Of a DNA stretch of 64,000 nucleotides, positions 36,885-47,707 are shown piece by piece. The notes under the pieces were generated by a model. That model was not told where the DNA came from. It did no database searches and was given only the letters and a program-made list of their open reading frames with translations. Every line of letters starts with the position of its first letter. Within the stretch, counting starts at the first letter, position 1. Origin of the DNA: Chitinophaga pinensis (GTDB taxonomy: Bacteria > Bacteroidota > Ignavibacteria > Kapaibacteriales > Kapaibacteriaceae); NCBI GenBank assembly GCA_943372295.1, contig CALRYC010000004.1, positions 71,811 to 135,810 on the forward strand, written 5' to 3'. A program made the translations under genes and the position numbers.

Positions 36885-39190
36885 GTCACCCCCATTGAGC
36901 AGGAAACGGTGCGTGGACGCAGGGGACCGTAGAAGTACGCGGCATCGCGCTGCGACCCGCGCTCGAGATCAAGCTGGTAAGCGTTAAGGATATTTACGAT
37001 GCCCAGCCCCAATCTCACGCCCACGTTGCCGAGTCGAGTAGCATAGGTTCCCTGTATTCCAAGGTCGGCAAACCAGGGCGTACGTATACGTTCGATCAGA
37101 CGCTCGTTGACCACCCACATGGGGCCCGTCAGTACGCACGAAGCATCGAAGGTTAGGGCACTTGTCGGCGTCCACGTGGCAATTGCGGATGCGTACACGT
37201 CCGGTGTGCGAAGAATGCTCTGCGTTGTTACCACAGCTCCCTGGTCTGATTCAGCCATAACCTGTGCGGTTGCATACCTGGCGTATTGCAGGGTGAGCGA
37301 TGTTGTGAGCTCAAAGGTCCGAGCAAGCGCATAGCGCAATTCCAGATTTGTGCCCGCCACGTATGATGCGTCGCCATTGGTCTTGCGAGCGATCGAGGCA
37401 TTGCTGCCCGGCAGAGAGTCCGACGTCAGAGCGGTGACGAATGGCGACGTCAGCATCGTTGCAAACAGGTCCGCTGTGATACCCAATGCCGTCGTTGGTG
37501 TGGCCATCGTTCCATCCATTGACAGTGTGATGCTGTGCGATAGTTCTGGCCGAAGGCCGGGATCAAGGCGGATAAGTCTGGCAGCCCCCTGCAAGGTGGA
37601 GATATGCAGATCTTCATCAAATGCCTGCGGTCCGCGAAAGCCCGAAGCATAGGTCGTGCGTAGCTGCCAGTCATCATTGATACGTCCGATGACGGAGATC
37701 CGGGGATTCAGAACGAAGAACGACGTGTTGACCGATTCACTGCTGAGACTGTCGAACCTGTACCGACCGTCGATGCGAAGAGCATCGGCTCGCAGCCCCA
37801 GTGCAACGGAAATGCTCGAGCCGGGTGCGATCTGAACCTGCGCATAGGATCCGACGTCGTTGATACGCTGTTCGATGCGCCGCGCGTACCCGGGCATGGC
37901 GTCATCAACATCCGCATGGTGGACCTCAATGCCTCCGATGACGAGAAGGGGAATCGTGCCGAGGGACCATGACCGGGTGGTTACCTGCACGCCGGCTACG
38001 CCGATCTCATCGTCGGTGGTGCCAAAGAAGCGTGCTGCCTCGGATGCCATTGCGGGATCTCCACCGGTGCCACCGTAGTAGCTTGCACGCCGGGTCGATC
38101 GGGCCGACACATACAGATGAAGTCGCGACGCCCGATCGTCGAATGCATGTTCATAGGAGACGGCACCACCGGCGATTGCATGATCGATCTGCTCTGCGAT
38201 GTCGGCCTCATAGGGAGGTCTGTCAAAGAGATTCCCACCTCTGCGGAACTCGCGGATCCAGTGCGCATCAAGCGTCAACCGATCACGCTCGGAGAACTCG
38301 TGTACAGCACGCATTCCGCCGGATGTTGTCCTGGTCAGCGGCACCTCACTATAGGTGTCCCCATTGTGATCGTACGCCGAGCGGCTACGAGTAACGCCGA
38401 AGACTGAGACGCCGGTACTCAGATCGGCCGATGCCCAGGTGCCACGCAGCGACGTCATCGCGTCGGGAGTCCGACCGTTCAGCCACGAGCCGGTGGATGA
38501 GGCAGATAGCGACGTGGTCGTCGGATCACGCGGAATCACATTGACGGTTCCGGCCACAGCTCCTGCGCCATACAGTGCACTGCCCGCGCCACGCACCACC
38601 TCGATCCGGTCGATCATTTCAATCGGGATGTGCTCAAGACCATACACGCCGGCAAGCGACGAGAATACCGGTCGCGAGTCGATGAGGATCTGTGTGTACG
38701 GACCTTGCAGACCGTTGAGGCGCACCTGCGTGAAGCCGCAGTTCTGACAGTTGTTCTCCAGACGCAGGCCCGGCTGGAAGGACAGACCCTCGGCCATGGA
38801 CAGCGCCTGGACGGCGCGAAGTGCGTCACGATCGGTCAGCGACACCAGTATCGGTGATTCGTCACGGGGCTGGGCAGTTCGCGCTCCCGTGACCGTGATC
38901 TGCGCCGCATCGAACGAACGCGGTTCAAGGTACAGCGTCAGCGTGTCACCAATGCTCCCGATGACAACGGTGTCCACACGAGGATCGTACCCCGCCATTG
39001 TGGTTCTAACAACAACGGTATCAGTGCATTCTCTCAAGAGTGCCACACCACGGAAATCCGTGATCGCACCGCTCGTGACATTTCGCACGGTTGCGCCTCG
39101 AATGGTACGGCGCGTCTCGGCGTCTCGAACCGTTATCGGAAGGTCTGTCAGCAAGCCCACATACATAAGGCCAATGATGATCATGTGCAT
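36875..39190 (-). CDS. TonB-dependent receptor (metal uptake type)
   Basis: ENNCQNCGFTQVRLNGL, IDRIEVVRGAGSALYG, FRGPQAFDEDLH. Confidence 0.92.
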   Translation of the reverse strand: MHMIIIGLMYVGLLTDLPITVRDAETRRTIRGATVRNVTSGAITDFRGVALLRECTDTVVVRTTMAGYDPRVDTVVIGSIGDTLTLYLEPRSFDAAQITVTGARTAQPRDESPILVSLTDRDALRAVQALSMAEGLSFQPGLRLENNCQNCGFTQVRLNGLQGPYTQILIDSRPVFSSLAGVYGLEHIPIEMIDRIEVVRGAGSALYGAGAVAGTVNVIPRDPTTTSLSASSTGSWLNGRTPDAMTSLRGTWASADLSTGVSVFGVTRSRSAYDHNGDTYSEVPLTRTTSGGMRAVHEFSERDRLTLDAHWIREFRRGGNLFDRPPYEADIAEQIDHAIAGGAVSYEHAFDDRASRLHLYVSARSTRRASYYGGTGGDPAMASEAARFFGTTDDEIGVAGVQVTTRSWSLGTIPLLVIGGIEVHHADVDDAMPGYARRIEQRINDVGSYAQVQIAPGSSISVALGLRADALRIDGRYRFDSLSSESVNTSFFVLNPRISVIGRINDDWQLRTTYASGFRGPQAFDEDLHISTLQGAARLIRLDPGLRPELSHSITLSMDGTMATPTTALGITADLFATMLTSPFVTALTSDSLPGSNASIARKTNGDASYVAGTNLELRYALARTFELTTSLTLQYARYATAQVMAESDQGAVVTTQSILRTPDVYASAIATWTPTSALTFDASCVLTGPMWVVNERLIERIRTPWFADLGIQGTYATRLGNVGVRLGLGIVNILNAYQLDLERGSQRDAAYFYGPLRPRTVSCSMGVTWQ

Positions 39191-39197
39191 GCACAAA

Positions 39198-39213
39198 TTT
39201 AGGTATCTCTAAA
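39198..39213. promoter_or_regulatory. Putative DtxR/MntR operator overlapping a TAAATTTG -7 box
   Basis: TTTAG-GTATCT-CTAAA immediately upstream of the receptor-regulator operon. Confidence 0.7.
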
Positions 39214-39245
39214 ACTATGCCGCCGGCCACACTTCACACCTCACA

Positions 39246-40244
39246 TCAACGCACAACATAGATGAAGCGCTCCATGCTGCCATCCTTTCGGGTGATACGC
39301 ACGTCGTACGTTGCAGTGCGTACATTGCTGATCCGCAGTTCGGTTGTGCCGTCCTGATGCGATACCCATTGTCTAGCTGCATCGATAGGTGTACCATCAG
39401 CCGTGTGAATGGAAACGTTCTGCCATGGACTGTTACCGGTGGAAAGGTCGACGACAGCCGTTCTGTCCGGCTGCAGCCACGAGGACTGAACGGGGAGGAT
39501 GGTTGACGGATACGCATCAACCGTAAGCTTCTGGAGGAGGATACTGTCGGCATCGTACCAGAGCAGTATGTTGCCCCGACTTGAGCTAACGCGGATTGCA
39601 ATCAAAGCGTTGCTTGGCCTTCGGCCATCGACGCGCTCAACGTCGTACAGTAGCTCACCGTCAGCCTTTGTAACGCGAACAGGCGAAGGTGAAGGGGCGG
39701 TGCAGACAATATTGCGCAGGTCCCCGCCAGCACACGTGATCGATAGGCATGTCTCGGTTTTACCGGCACTATTGGCTGACACCACGCGATCACCCGAGCC
39801 GATGATCGAAAGAATGGTTTCAATGGTACTTATGTCGATTGCGAGTCGCTGCTGCACCTCCCGACTAGCAATGATGACCGGAAGCGGCATGAAGGAGGAC
39901 GGCATGCTGGCAGTGAAGCGTCGTGTGATCGCTGACGCGGCGACGGTCCGATGCGGCGTGGCGAGTTTGGCCACGGTTACAGACGCGTGGGCATCGGCCA
40001 GCCGGGCATTCGCAGATGTAGACGGCACATACGAGTGATCATGCGACGGCGGTTCGGTATGCTCGTACATGCGGACCAGTATCGCAATGGTCATGGCCGA
40101 CAACAGACCCAGCGCAAGCATCGTGCGGCGTGCTTTGCTCTTGCGCGTTTCGAGCGCATCTGCTCGAAGCAGAGACTGTTCCAGCGAAATGTCGACCTTT
40201 TCATTGCGTAATGAACGAAGTGAATCAAAGTGCTCGCTACTCAT
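39246..40244 (-). CDS. Single-TM protein, putative anti-sigma factor
   Basis: Coupled to the ECF sigma; short cytoplasmic N-terminus followed by a TM helix. Confidence 0.55.
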   Translation of the reverse strand: MSSEHFDSLRSLRNEKVDISLEQSLLRADALETRKSKARRTMLALGLLSAMTIAILVRMYEHTEPPSHDHSYVPSTSANARLADAHASVTVAKLATPHRTVAASAITRRFTASMPSSFMPLPVIIASREVQQRLAIDISTIETILSIIGSGDRVVSANSAGKTETCLSITCAGGDLRNIVCTAPSPSPVRVTKADGELLYDVERVDGRRPSNALIAIRVSSSRGNILLWYDADSILLQKLTVDAYPSTILPVQSSWLQPDRTAVVDLSTGNSPWQNVSIHTADGTPIDAARQWVSHQDGTTELRISNVRTATYDVRITRKDGSMERFIYVVR

Positions 40245-40740
40245 GTTGACCTCGCATTGCTTCTTTGCGTAGCGCCTCTCTGGCGCGCAGTAGACGGGCT
40301 TTCAGGCCGCCAACGGTTCCCCCGTGAATCTCAACAACCTCGGCAGGTGTCCACCCCAGCACGTCAATCATGACAAGGCACTCACGGTATTGCGCCGGTA
40401 GCCGCTGCAGCATAGCCCGCACCAGAGATGCATCCGTATGCACATCGGGCTGTGGATCCGATGCTACAATGTCCAAATCCTTTGGCCACGGATGGAAGAG
40501 TCGTCGGCGCAGCTGCTGGCGCATATACACTCGGTGTGCGGTACGGAACAGGTACGTACGGAATGCCTGGGGATCACGCACCGAGTTCCATGACTCGAGA
40601 GTCTTCAAGATGGTCTCCGCGACGAGGTCCTGAGCATCGTCACGTGATCGCGTAAGCGATCGCGCAAAGCGAGCAAGGTCGTCGTGGTACAGCGACAGTG
40701 CTTCGAGAAACGCCGGGTCATCGCGGAGACCGATCTTCAT
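40237..40740 (-). CDS. ECF RNA polymerase sigma-70 factor
   Basis: DAQDLVAETILK, FRTYLFRTA, LPAQYRE..G.LKARLLRAR. Confidence 0.9.
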   Translation of the reverse strand: MKIGLRDDPAFLEALSLYHDDLARFARSLTRSRDDAQDLVAETILKTLESWNSVRDPQAFRTYLFRTAHRVYMRQQLRRRLFHPWPKDLDIVASDPQPDVHTDASLVRAMLQRLPAQYRECLVMIDVLGWTPAEVVEIHGGTVGGLKARLLRAREALRKEAMRGQHE

Positions 40741-40747
40741 TGATACG

Positions 40748-41461
40748 TCAGTTTAGAGCTGTGCCGTAGGTTGGAATCTCAATATCATCAGATTCCTTAC
40801 CATCGCTTGAAGTGAATCGCAACATACTCTGAAAGCGCCCGGATTTCGTTGGAGTATAGACAAGCGTTACCTGGCGCTGCTCCTTCGGTGCAAGGACGAT
40901 CGCCTCGGGGATATCCACCGTCATGCCATCGTCCGCACGAACATTCGAAACGGCTACCGGCACCGTACCCGGGTTCACAATCGTAATGGTGGTCTTGGCC
41001 GGCGATCCAACCCTGGCGTCGTTGATCGCAGCAAAACCGGCAGGCGCGATCGACACCAGGCGCTGAATGTCAACCTTGAGCGTAACGCTCTGCTGGGATG
41101 TATCCGAACCATGCACGCTGCGCACGGCAACATTGCGCTGCAACGGTCCATTCTGGGAAGCGTTGATGTTTAGCTTCACACGAACCACAGTTTCCTCACC
41201 GGGAGCAAGAACCTTCTGTCCGAGTTCGGCCGTCGTGCAGCCGCATCCGGGCTTGACATCCAAGATCTCCAGTGGGCCCTGCTCAGCCCCATTCCTGAAT
41301 CGTATCTCGGCCGTGAGATAGCCGCTTTTCGGTGCACGAACCGTGCCCCAGTCATACACTTCCGTTACCTCAAGGGCAGGACGCGTCCCACCCGTCGTCA
41401 TCGCCGGAGACTGCAGTGCCAGCCCCGTTATCAGAATGCTTGCGCAGATGAATCGAATCAT
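40748..41461 (-). CDS. DUF1573 Ig-like secreted protein
   Basis: YDWGTV, VKPGCGCT, LAPGE. Confidence 0.8.
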   Translation of the reverse strand: MIRFICASILITGLALQSPAMTTGGTRPALEVTEVYDWGTVRAPKSGYLTAEIRFRNGAEQGPLEILDVKPGCGCTTAELGQKVLAPGEETVVRVKLNINASQNGPLQRNVAVRSVHGSDTSQQSVTLKVDIQRLVSIAPAGFAAINDARVGSPAKTTITIVNPGTVPVAVSNVRADDGMTVDIPEAIVLAPKEQRQVTLVYTPTKSGRFQSMLRFTSSDGKESDDIEIPTYGTALN

Positions 41462-41570
41462 TGTTGCGCCTTTCTCGTTGGTGAAAAAACTGGCTCATTA
41501 GCGCCCATGGGAGAAAGGAGACACAAGGCCGAAAAAAGATACGGTAGGAAGCTAGGAGGGATGACAGCAC

Positions 41571-41633
41571 CACACCTCACACCCCACACCCCACACCTCA
41601 CACCTCACACCTCAAACCTCAAACCTCACACCC
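41571..41633. repeat. Heptamer array (CA[C/A]ACC[T/C])x9
   Basis: Ends 7 bp before TATCTTTG of the feoA promoter. Confidence 0.92.
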
Positions 41634-41640
41634 AATTTCG

Positions 41641-41661
41641 TATCTTTGGATTCAGTCCAAA
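41641..41661 (+). promoter_or_regulatory. feoAB -7 box with overlapping inverted repeat
   Basis: TATCTTTG overlapped by TTTGGA-TTCAG-TCCAAA. Confidence 0.6.
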
Positions 41662-41668
41662 TAAGCAT

Positions 41669-41950
41669 ATGACGCCACTTCACACATGTCCGGTTGGGAC
41701 GCGATGCAGGATCCTTGCGGTTGCAGGGGAAGAGTCGTGTGTGCGGCGTGCCAGGGAGTTGGGACTGGTCGAAGGGGTGTGCTGCTCGGTGGAGCGGAAA
41801 GCCCCTTTCCATGGGCCTGTGGAGATCTCTACCGGACAATCGCGGCTGGGTGTGCGGCTTGGCAAAGAGCTGTCGATCATCGTCGAGGTGATCGATGCGG
41901 CGCAACAGCACCTCATGGGGCGGACGCCAAACGGTGCACATGCCGGCTGA
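41669..41950 (+). CDS. feoA: Ferrous iron transport protein A
   Basis: RRARELGLVEG..RKAPFHGPVEI; directly precedes feoB. Confidence 0.85.
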   Translation: MTPLHTCPVGTRCRILAVAGEESCVRRARELGLVEGVCCSVERKAPFHGPVEISTGQSRLGVRLGKELSIIVEVIDAAQQHLMGRTPNGAHAG

Positions 41951-43790
41951 GGCAGCATTGCGCGTAGCCGTCGTCGGCACTCCAAACGTCGGCAAGTCGA
42001 CGCTGTTCAATGAGCTCACCGGGCTGGACCAGCGCGTGGGCAATTTTCCGGGGGTGACAGTTGAGCCCCTTCTAGGACGCATAACCAACGGCACCATAAC
42101 CGTCGAACTGATCGATCTGCCGGGCATCTATGGCATGTCTGCAGCATCAGAAGATGAGCGCATGACGATCGATGTGCTGGCCGGACGTCATCCGTCGATC
42201 CCCGCGCCGGATGCAATTCTGCTGGTGATCAATGCCTCGGCACCAGACAAATGCCTGGTGCTGTTTAGTCAACTGGCCGAACTCGGACGGCCAATGCTGA
42301 TCGCAGCAACCATGGTCGACTCGGTAAAGGGGCGAGGTGGGGTCTTCGACGACATTACCCTTGGCCATACGCTTGGCGTTCCCGTGCACGGCGTGGTCGG
42401 ACGCAAGGGCATTGGCATTGGAGACCTGCGAGACGGGCTGATGATGGCCGAATGGCAGGTGCCCAAGGCCGCGGTTGATGCTACCGCCGACATCGGCGCG
42501 CGCTTTGCGTGGTCGCGGTCGGTGTCCGAGTCTGTTCTTACCGAGGGCGCTGCCGATGTTGTCAGTACCCGCCTTGATGCGGTGCTTTTGCACCCGGTAT
42601 GGGGTACGCTGACGTTTCTGATCGTGATGGGACTCTTCTTCCAGGCCATCTTTTCGTGGGCTCAGCCCCTTATGGATCTCATCGACGTGGGAGTGGGCGC
42701 TCTGCAGGCAGTGGCCGAGCAGTGGATCACGAATCCGCTACTGGCCTCGTTCGTAACAAAGGGTATTATCGGTGGTGTTGGGTCGGTGGTGGTCTTTCTT
42801 CCGCAGATCCTACTTCTGAACCTGCTGGTGACGTTTCTTGAAGAGTGTGGGTACCTAGCCAGGGCGGCGTTTCTTGTGGATCGTGCCATGGGACTGTTCG
42901 GTTTGCAGGGACGCTCCTTTATCCCACTGCTTGGGTCGTTCGCCTGCGCCATCCCGGGCATCATGTCGGCGCGCATCATTCCGTCGTACCGCGATCGGAT
43001 GGCAACCATCATGGCCACGCCCCTCATGACCTGCTCGGCGCGTCTGCCGGTGTATTTGCTGCTGATCGGTGCAATGATCCCCGCCACATCGGTGCTTGGA
43101 GTGTTCTCGCTCCAGGCCATCGTCATGGCCGGTCTGTATGCCGCCGGTGCACTTAGTGGACTGCTGATCGCGCTGCTTCTCAAGAAGACCATGTTCCGTG
43201 GTGGTGTTGTACCGTTTCTTATCGAGTTCCCGCCGTACCGTCTGCCGTCGGCGAAGAGTCTGGGCGTGACGATGATCAACCGCAGTAAGGACTTTCTCAC
43301 GACGGCCGGAACGGTCATCCTTGGCTTCAGTATTGCACTCTGGATCCTTACCGAACTGCCGCGCGCCGACGTCTCCGGCGCTTCATCAACCGTCGAGGCC
43401 TCGCGCATGCAGATCGAACAGTCCTATGCGGCAGATCTTGGGCGCACCATTCAGCCCGTGTTTGAGCCCCTTGACTTTGACTGGCGTGTTACACTTGGCA
43501 TCATCAGCTCCTACGCGGCACGTGAGACATTTGTTGCCGCAATGGGACAGATCTACGCCGCAGATGTGCAGGAGAGTGACACCCAACTGCGCGATGTGCT
43601 CAGTCAGCGCTATCCGCTCTCGGTCGGACTTTCCCTGCTGGCATTCTACGTCTTTGCACTGCAGTGCATCAGCACCATGGCCATCATGAAGCGCGAGACC
43701 GGGTCTTGGAAGTGGCCCACTCTTGCGTTTGTCATCACGTTCGTTTTGGCCTATATGTCGGCCTGGATCGTTGGGATCATTTGTCGATAA
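41940..43790 (+). CDS. feoB: Ferrous iron transport protein B
   Basis: GTPNVGKS, VGNFPGVTVE, DLPGIY, GYLARAAF, CSARLPVY, ALQCIST. Confidence 0.95.
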   Translation: MPAEAALRVAVVGTPNVGKSTLFNELTGLDQRVGNFPGVTVEPLLGRITNGTITVELIDLPGIYGMSAASEDERMTIDVLAGRHPSIPAPDAILLVINASAPDKCLVLFSQLAELGRPMLIAATMVDSVKGRGGVFDDITLGHTLGVPVHGVVGRKGIGIGDLRDGLMMAEWQVPKAAVDATADIGARFAWSRSVSESVLTEGAADVVSTRLDAVLLHPVWGTLTFLIVMGLFFQAIFSWAQPLMDLIDVGVGALQAVAEQWITNPLLASFVTKGIIGGVGSVVVFLPQILLLNLLVTFLEECGYLARAAFLVDRAMGLFGLQGRSFIPLLGSFACAIPGIMSARIIPSYRDRMATIMATPLMTCSARLPVYLLLIGAMIPATSVLGVFSLQAIVMAGLYAAGALSGLLIALLLKKTMFRGGVVPFLIEFPPYRLPSAKSLGVTMINRSKDFLTTAGTVILGFSIALWILTELPRADVSGASSTVEASRMQIEQSYAADLGRTIQPVFEPLDFDWRVTLGIISSYAARETFVAAMGQIYAADVQESDTQLRDVLSQRYPLSVGLSLLAFYVFALQCISTMAIMKRETGSWKWPTLAFVITFVLAYMSAWIVGIICR

Positions 43791-43799
43791 AGGGTTCGT

Positions 43800-45179
43800 T
43801 TAAAGCAGAACCCCTCGAAGCAGCAGCGTGGCAATCGTAAAGTAAATGATGATCCCCGTTACGTCGCTGAATGTGGCCACAAACGGTGCACTTGATGCTG
43901 CAGGGTCGAATCCCAGACGCTTCATCAGCAGAGGTAGCATCGAGCCGGCAAGGGTTCCTGCCATGACGATGCCCACGAGTGAGATGGCGATCACCGTGGC
44001 GATCAGTGGCGTGGTCGACGGGTCATATGCGCCCTCCATGGACTGACCGATCATGATCCGGGCAAAGCCCAGAACTCCAAGGATCAAACCGAGCACGAAG
44101 CCGGCTGCAAGCTCACGTCGCATGATCTGCCACCAGTCAGAGAGCGTCACCTCGCCCAGCGCCAGAGCGCGCACGATCAGCGTTGCGGCCTGTGAACCGG
44201 AATTGCCGCCAGAGGAGATGATAAGGGGCAAAAACAGCGCGAGGATCACGGCACTGTCGATGGTCGACTCAAAGGCCGACATCGCTGTTGCCGTTAAGAA
44301 GCCCCCTACGAAAAGCACCACGAGCCATGTGGCGCGCTTGCGAATGAGCTCCATGAGCGGCACATCGATGTAGGTATCGTTAAGTGCCTGAACGGCACCG
44401 AACTTCTGCATCTCCTCGGTGGCCTGCTCTTCGGCGATATCGAGAACATCGTCGAGCGTTACAATACCCAGGAGCTTGTTGTCGATGTCTACCACCGGGA
44501 GCGCAAACCGGTCGGTTCGTTTGAATTCCGTGACGGCAGACTCCTGATCATCGGTGGCCAGCAGCGACTCGAAGCGATGGTCCATGATCTCGGCGATCTT
44601 TCTGTCGGCCGGAGCCAGCAGCACTTCACGGATGTGAATGTCATCGAGCAGCGTTCCGTGCTCGGTCACATAAACGTAGTTCAGCGTCTCGGAATCCTTG
44701 CCGTAGTTGCGGATGTGATCGAGCGCCTGCTGCACAGACCAGTGCTTCTTTACGATCACGTAATCCGGCGTCATCAGACGTCCAACCGAATCTTCCGGCC
44801 AGTTCAGTAGCGCAAGTGCTATGGCACGTTCTTCTACGCTGAGCGAGTTGATGAGCTCTGACACGACGTTGCCCGGCAGGTCTTCGAAGAGCTGCGTTCG
44901 GTCGTCGGGCGACATTTCATTGAGCAGAGCGCCGACTTCTTCGCGCGCCATATCGTGCAGAAGTTCCTGCTGCGTATCGAAGTCGCAGTAGGAGAATGTC
45001 TCGGCTGCTACGTGCTTTGGCAGCAGGCGGAACACCACCACCCGACTCTCCTCGCGCAGCCCGGCTACAAGGTCAGCAAGCTCTACCGCATCCCATTCAA
45101 TGCATACCTCACGGATGGTCGCGAAGTCGCGCGCGGCCACCAGCTGCTCGATCTCTGGTGCAAGGAGTTTACCAACCAT
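43800..45179 (-). CDS. mgtE: Magnesium transporter
   Basis: CBS pair, SGGNSGSQ, DPAASSAPFVATFSD. Confidence 0.95.
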   Translation of the reverse strand: MVGKLLAPEIEQLVAARDFATIREVCIEWDAVELADLVAGLREESRVVVFRLLPKHVAAETFSYCDFDTQQELLHDMAREEVGALLNEMSPDDRTQLFEDLPGNVVSELINSLSVEERAIALALLNWPEDSVGRLMTPDYVIVKKHWSVQQALDHIRNYGKDSETLNYVYVTEHGTLLDDIHIREVLLAPADRKIAEIMDHRFESLLATDDQESAVTEFKRTDRFALPVVDIDNKLLGIVTLDDVLDIAEEQATEEMQKFGAVQALNDTYIDVPLMELIRKRATWLVVLFVGGFLTATAMSAFESTIDSAVILALFLPLIISSGGNSGSQAATLIVRALALGEVTLSDWWQIMRRELAAGFVLGLILGVLGFARIMIGQSMEGAYDPSTTPLIATVIAISLVGIVMAGTLAGSMLPLLMKRLGFDPAASSAPFVATFSDVTGIIIYFTIATLLLRGVLL

Positions 45180-45203
45180 GCGGCAAGTTACGAGTGCCGT
45201 CTC

Positions 45204-46448
45204 TTACTCGTACCGCAGTGCTTCGATAGGGTCGAGATTTGCTGCACGCCATGCCGGATAGGTACCAAAGGCTAGTCCGATGACGGTGCATATCACGACG
45301 CTAAAGATCACCGTCGTGGTGGGGAAGACGTATGCGATCGCCGGAGAGCTTGCGCGTAGCAGCTCGGTCACGCCCCAAGATGCGACAAGACCACCAAGCA
45401 CGCCGATGATGCCACCGAGCTGACAGAGCGTAATGCTCTCGATCAGGAATTGCCGAATGATCCAGCGCCGACGTGCACCGAGTGCCTTACGCACGCCGAT
45501 CTCGCGGGTCCGCTCCTTGACGCTCACAAGCATCATATTCATGATGCCGATGCCGGCGGCGACCAGTGCTCCAAGACCACTGATCCATGCCACCACAAGA
45601 AGGGCCGTGGAGAATCCCGAAAACTGTCCGGTGAGTGCATCGTTGGCATCGATCTCGAAGTTATCCTCTTCCCACGGCTTGACCCCGCGTAAGGAGCGCA
45701 TTATGCCGGTGGCCTCGTCCATTGTTTCGGCCAGCATCGGTTTATTGATGGCTTTGACCGAGATGTCTACGCTGGCATCCCACTCCCACGTGTAGTACTT
45801 GTTGAAGACACTTATCGGGATCAATACGCGGTTGTCCTGACTCTGTCCCATCACGCCCCCTTTGCGCGTCAGGACCCCAATAATCACGAAGGACTGATTC
45901 TTAAGAGTGATCATCATGCCGAGGGGATTACCTCTCGGGAAGAGCGAACCAACGACATCCTCGCCGACGATCGCCACGGCGCGGGAAGTTGCAACCTCCG
46001 ACTCCGTGATTGGACGTCCGGAGGAGACCGAGACGGCATTGACGGTGAAGTACATGTCATCGATGCCAATGAGCGTCACATCGGGATTTGTCGACAGTTC
46101 GCCGGACTTCACTGTAAAGCCGGGGTTCTCGTTGCTGATGGCGATGAGATTCGTTGTGGCCATGCGACCCCGAAACTCCCTGGCCTGCACGTACGTGATG
46201 TTCTTGCGGCGACGCATCTTCGCCCAATTGTTACCGAAGTTTATCGACGGAGTTCGCTGAATAAGCAATGAGTTCTCTCCAAGGTCAGCCAGCTGACTTG
46301 TCACAGCCCGCTCAAGCGTCTGCATGATCGAGGTCGCCGCGATGATAGCAAACACCCCGATCGAGATGCTCAGCAGCGTTAGCCCCGAGCGCAGCTTCTG
46401 CGAGCGCACGGCATCGATGGCAATGGTGACAGACTCAAGGGCGTTCAT
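45204..46448 (-). CDS. MacB/FtsX-like ABC permease
   Basis: GIGIMNMMLVSVKERTREIGVRKALGA, LDPIEALRYE. Confidence 0.93.
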   Translation of the reverse strand: MNALESVTIAIDAVRSQKLRSGLTLLSISIGVFAIIAATSIMQTLERAVTSQLADLGENSLLIQRTPSINFGNNWAKMRRRKNITYVQAREFRGRMATTNLIAISNENPGFTVKSGELSTNPDVTLIGIDDMYFTVNAVSVSSGRPITESEVATSRAVAIVGEDVVGSLFPRGNPLGMMITLKNQSFVIIGVLTRKGGVMGQSQDNRVLIPISVFNKYYTWEWDASVDISVKAINKPMLAETMDEATGIMRSLRGVKPWEEDNFEIDANDALTGQFSGFSTALLVVAWISGLGALVAAGIGIMNMMLVSVKERTREIGVRKALGARRRWIIRQFLIESITLCQLGGIIGVLGGLVASWGVTELLRASSPAIAYVFPTTTVIFSVVICTVIGLAFGTYPAWRAANLDPIEALRYE

Positions 46449-47707
46449 TGCTCATACCTCAGTGCTTCGACAGGGTCGAGCCGCGAGGCCTTGATCGCCG
46501 GCAGCAGGCCGGCCAAAAGTCCCACAATGATCGATACGCCGACGGCGATCATCAGCAGATCGAGCGGGATCACGGGGCTGACCACCGATGCCCAGTCCTG
46601 CTTAAGAAGGTCAACGGCAACGAATCGGGCAGAGCCGACGATTAGCTGCGCAAAGGGGAAGGCGATCAACGCGCCGATGACACATAACAGTGACGATTCA
46701 ATAAGAAACTGCAGCAGGATCGAGCTGCGTCGAGCACCGATGGCCTTGCGCACGCCGATCTCCTTTGTGCGCTCGGTCACCGAAACATACATGATGTTCA
46801 TGATACCGATCGAGCCCACAACGAAGGCCAGAATTGTCAGCCCCATCCCAACGATCCAGATGCCGATGCGGATGTTCTTAACCTGCTCATCGAACGCCTG
46901 CGTTTCGTTAATGGAGAAATCATCAATAGCCCCGGGGGGTACGTTGCGGATGGCGCGCATGTGACCGATCGCCTCTGTGCGCACAATGTCAAGCATTCGT
47001 TCGCTGCCAGACTTGATGCCCACTGATACGCTGCGCTCGAACAAGCCCACGGTAGAGCGAAATGACTCGAGCGGGATGACCACCTGGTTGTCAACGAAAT
47101 CCATGAACAGAAACCCGCGCTTTGCGATCACCCCAATGATGCGGTAGGGTTCGGAGATGATCTTTATGGTCTGACCGATGGGGTCTTCACCGGGGAAAAG
47201 CCCTTTTGCAACACCTTCGCCGAGGACGACAACCTTGGATCCGTGAACGTCTTCCATTGATGAGAAAAAGCGTCCACTACTGAGCTCCGCCGAAGATGTC
47301 CGACTGTATTCGTTGGTGGTGCCGAGAATGCCGCAGCGCAGGCTGGTATTGCCGCGCACCACGGAGCCGCTCCAAAGGCGCACAACTGGCATAACGCACT
47401 CGGCCGATTCCATACGCGAGGACAGCTGCTGTGCCTGCTGCAGGGTGATATCCTTGCGGGCCTCCATCAGGCGCCAGTTGCCGCCGCCGCTCCAGCTCCA
47501 CTTGTCGATGTAGAGCATGTCCTTTCCCATGATCGAGATCGCCTGCTCCCACACGGCATCAAGTCCGCCTATGGTCCACCCCATCACTACCACCAGCACT
47601 ACGCCCACAACAACACCGGCCGTGGTCAGGATTGATCGCAGCAGGTTCATGCGCAGCGACTCAACCGCGATGCGGATCGATTCGGCGATCTCGGAAGATC
47701 TATGCAT
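46445..47707 (-). CDS. MacB/FtsX-like ABC permease
   Basis: [36 protein letters not shown]. Confidence 0.93.
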   Translation of the reverse strand: MHRSSEIAESIRIAVESLRMNLLRSILTTAGVVVGVVLVVVMGWTIGGLDAVWEQAISIMGKDMLYIDKWSWSGGGNWRLMEARKDITLQQAQQLSSRMESAECVMPVVRLWSGSVVRGNTSLRCGILGTTNEYSRTSSAELSSGRFFSSMEDVHGSKVVVLGEGVAKGLFPGEDPIGQTIKIISEPYRIIGVIAKRGFLFMDFVDNQVVIPLESFRSTVGLFERSVSVGIKSGSERMLDIVRTEAIGHMRAIRNVPPGAIDDFSINETQAFDEQVKNIRIGIWIVGMGLTILAFVVGSIGIMNIMYVSVTERTKEIGVRKAIGARRSSILLQFLIESSLLCVIGALIAFPFAQLIVGSARFVAVDLLKQDWASVVSPVIPLDLLMIAVGVSIIVGLLAGLLPAIKASRLDPVEALRYEQ

